Assembly: GCF_000013905.1 (NCBI RefSeq)
Contig: NC_007969.1
Coordinates: 90,001-122,000, forward strand
Length of the DNA stretch: 32,000 nucleotides
Direction of reading: 5' to 3'
From: Psychrobacter cryohalolentis K5
GTDB taxonomy: Bacteria > Pseudomonadota > Gammaproteobacteria > Pseudomonadales > Moraxellaceae
This document shows, piece after piece, positions 31,054-32,000 of the stretch. Numbering within the stretch: position 1 is the stretch's first letter; each line of letters opens with the position of its first letter. The translations under genes were made by a program, and so were the position numbers. Under the pieces are notes generated by a model. The model worked only from the letters and a program-made list of their open reading frames with translations. It did no database searches and was not told where the DNA came from.

Positions 31054-31153
31054 TTGCGACTAATCTTGAGCCTAGTAGACCATGCCGCGACTGATTCTTA
31101 ACCTCTATATAGCTATGTGATATTTTTGTTTTTAACACAGGAAATAAATTCAG

Positions 31154-32000
31154 ATGTTTAAATTTTGGGTAGTAGAACATGATAATGGTGTTTATGGTAA
31201 CCTTACCAATAAAGGTATTGAGTGTCCACAGCACTCAAATGCCTTACTGGCGGCGGCATTGACTGGTGTCTTATTGTTAAGCGGATGTCAGCAGCAAGCA
31301 GCAGAAGAAAATGTAGCGGATAAGCCCCAAACCAGTGAGCAAACAAGTGAAGAAGACAGCCAACCGATGGCGCAAAGTGATTCTGCTGCAGCACGTATTG
31401 AGCAGTTCCAACCTTTATATGTTACCCAGTTTCAGGCATTGCAGGGGCGTCTGCAAGCAGAGTACGAGTCGCTACAAGCTGCTGATATTGCAGACAGTGA
31501 AAATGCTTTATTAGTCGATGAGCCTACTGTTGCAACTGGCAATAATCAGCCAGCTAACAACAGCGATCAAGGAGCTATAGCTGCTACGCCACAACTAACA
31601 CAAGATCCGGTAGCAGCTGCAAAGGATGCAGCAAATGGCAACTCTGTGACAGATACTGAAATAAACGATGAAATTAACACCAGTACCGAAGTTGGTGAGC
31701 GCGATTTAACGGTGTTAAAGCGTATTAGCTTAGAGCCACGTAAGCCTATGATATTAACTGAAAAGCAGATTATAGAACGCTATGAGCAAGCAATGGAAGC
31801 GCTTTATCAGCCAGTGACCACGCCACTGAATGCGCAGGATACGGATACTTTGATCAATATCGCAACCTTAGTACCACAGCTTTTTGAAGATGCAGAAATT
31901 GCTGGCAGAGTCAGTGCTAAAAGCCCTGCATTGGCACGTTTAATTATTCAGCATCAAGTTTGGGAGCAGATAGAAGCTCAGCAAGTACTAGATATGCAAA
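31154..32000 (+). CDS. putative lipoprotein (partial, runs off the window)
   Basis: The frame is open from 31148 to the window end, so it is absent from the complete-ORF track. A lipobox LLLSGC|QQQ follows the hydrophobic stretch ALLAAALTGV. The first ATG at 31154 gives an atypically long pre-signal segment, so the start is uncertain. Confidence 0.55.
   Translation, partial: MFKFWVVEHDNGVYGNLTNKGIECPQHSNALLAAALTGVLLLSGCQQQAAEENVADKPQTSEQTSEEDSQPMAQSDSAAARIEQFQPLYVTQFQALQGRLQAEYESLQAADIADSENALLVDEPTVATGNNQPANNSDQGAIAATPQLTQDPVAAAKDAANGNSVTDTEINDEINTSTEVGERDLTVLKRISLEPRKPMILTEKQIIERYEQAMEALYQPVTTPLNAQDTDTLINIATLVPQLFEDAEIAGRVSAKSPALARLIIQHQVWEQIEAQQVLDMQ

Noticed and set aside
30941-31394. Two minus-strand ORFs (97 and 63 aa)
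   Set aside because: They overlap the zincin 3' end and the plus-strand lipoprotein frame, which has a lipobox and stays open for more than 840 nt to the window edge. The plus-strand reading is preferred.

Overview
This window looks like an AT-rich gammaproteobacterial core chromosome segment. Gene content and order fit Pseudomonadales or Moraxellaceae, possibly Psychrobacter-like; that placement is inferred from memory, not from a search. Coding density is high and most genes are housekeeping: rpsO-pnp, prlC-yheV, thiC with a clear TPP riboswitch, yggX, argH, the Pseudomonas-type block argH<>algZ(fimS)-algR-hemC-hemD-hemX, ribB(X), rarA, class I aldolase, an ABC exporter, AlkB and a YbhP-like EEP enzyme. 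I found no tRNA, rRNA, CRISPR array, transposase or integrase.

The least ordinary loci are:
- A stand-alone 370-aa gene (8092-9204) whose N-terminus resembles the computationally predicted bacterial eRF1/Dom34-like (baeRF) families. It sits behind a 560-bp AT-rich leader carrying four copies of the octamer TAACAGGC.
- A two-gene operon (3783-4929) encoding a membrane-anchored coiled-coil protein and a macro-domain-like protein whose glycine-rich ligand loops appear degenerate.
- A small stand-alone HExxH (DUF4157-like) zincin followed by a lipoprotein (30556-32000).

Smaller observations are asparagine/aspartate/serine-rich (N/D/S) low-complexity inserts in the ABC exporter, HemC and possibly ArgH, a possible Shine-Dalgarno (SD, ribosome-binding site)-sequestering inverted repeat ahead of fba, long leaders for pnp and thiC, and a RibBX-type degenerate GTP cyclohydrolase II domain. 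All family assignments come from motif recognition by eye and need HMM or structure searches to confirm.
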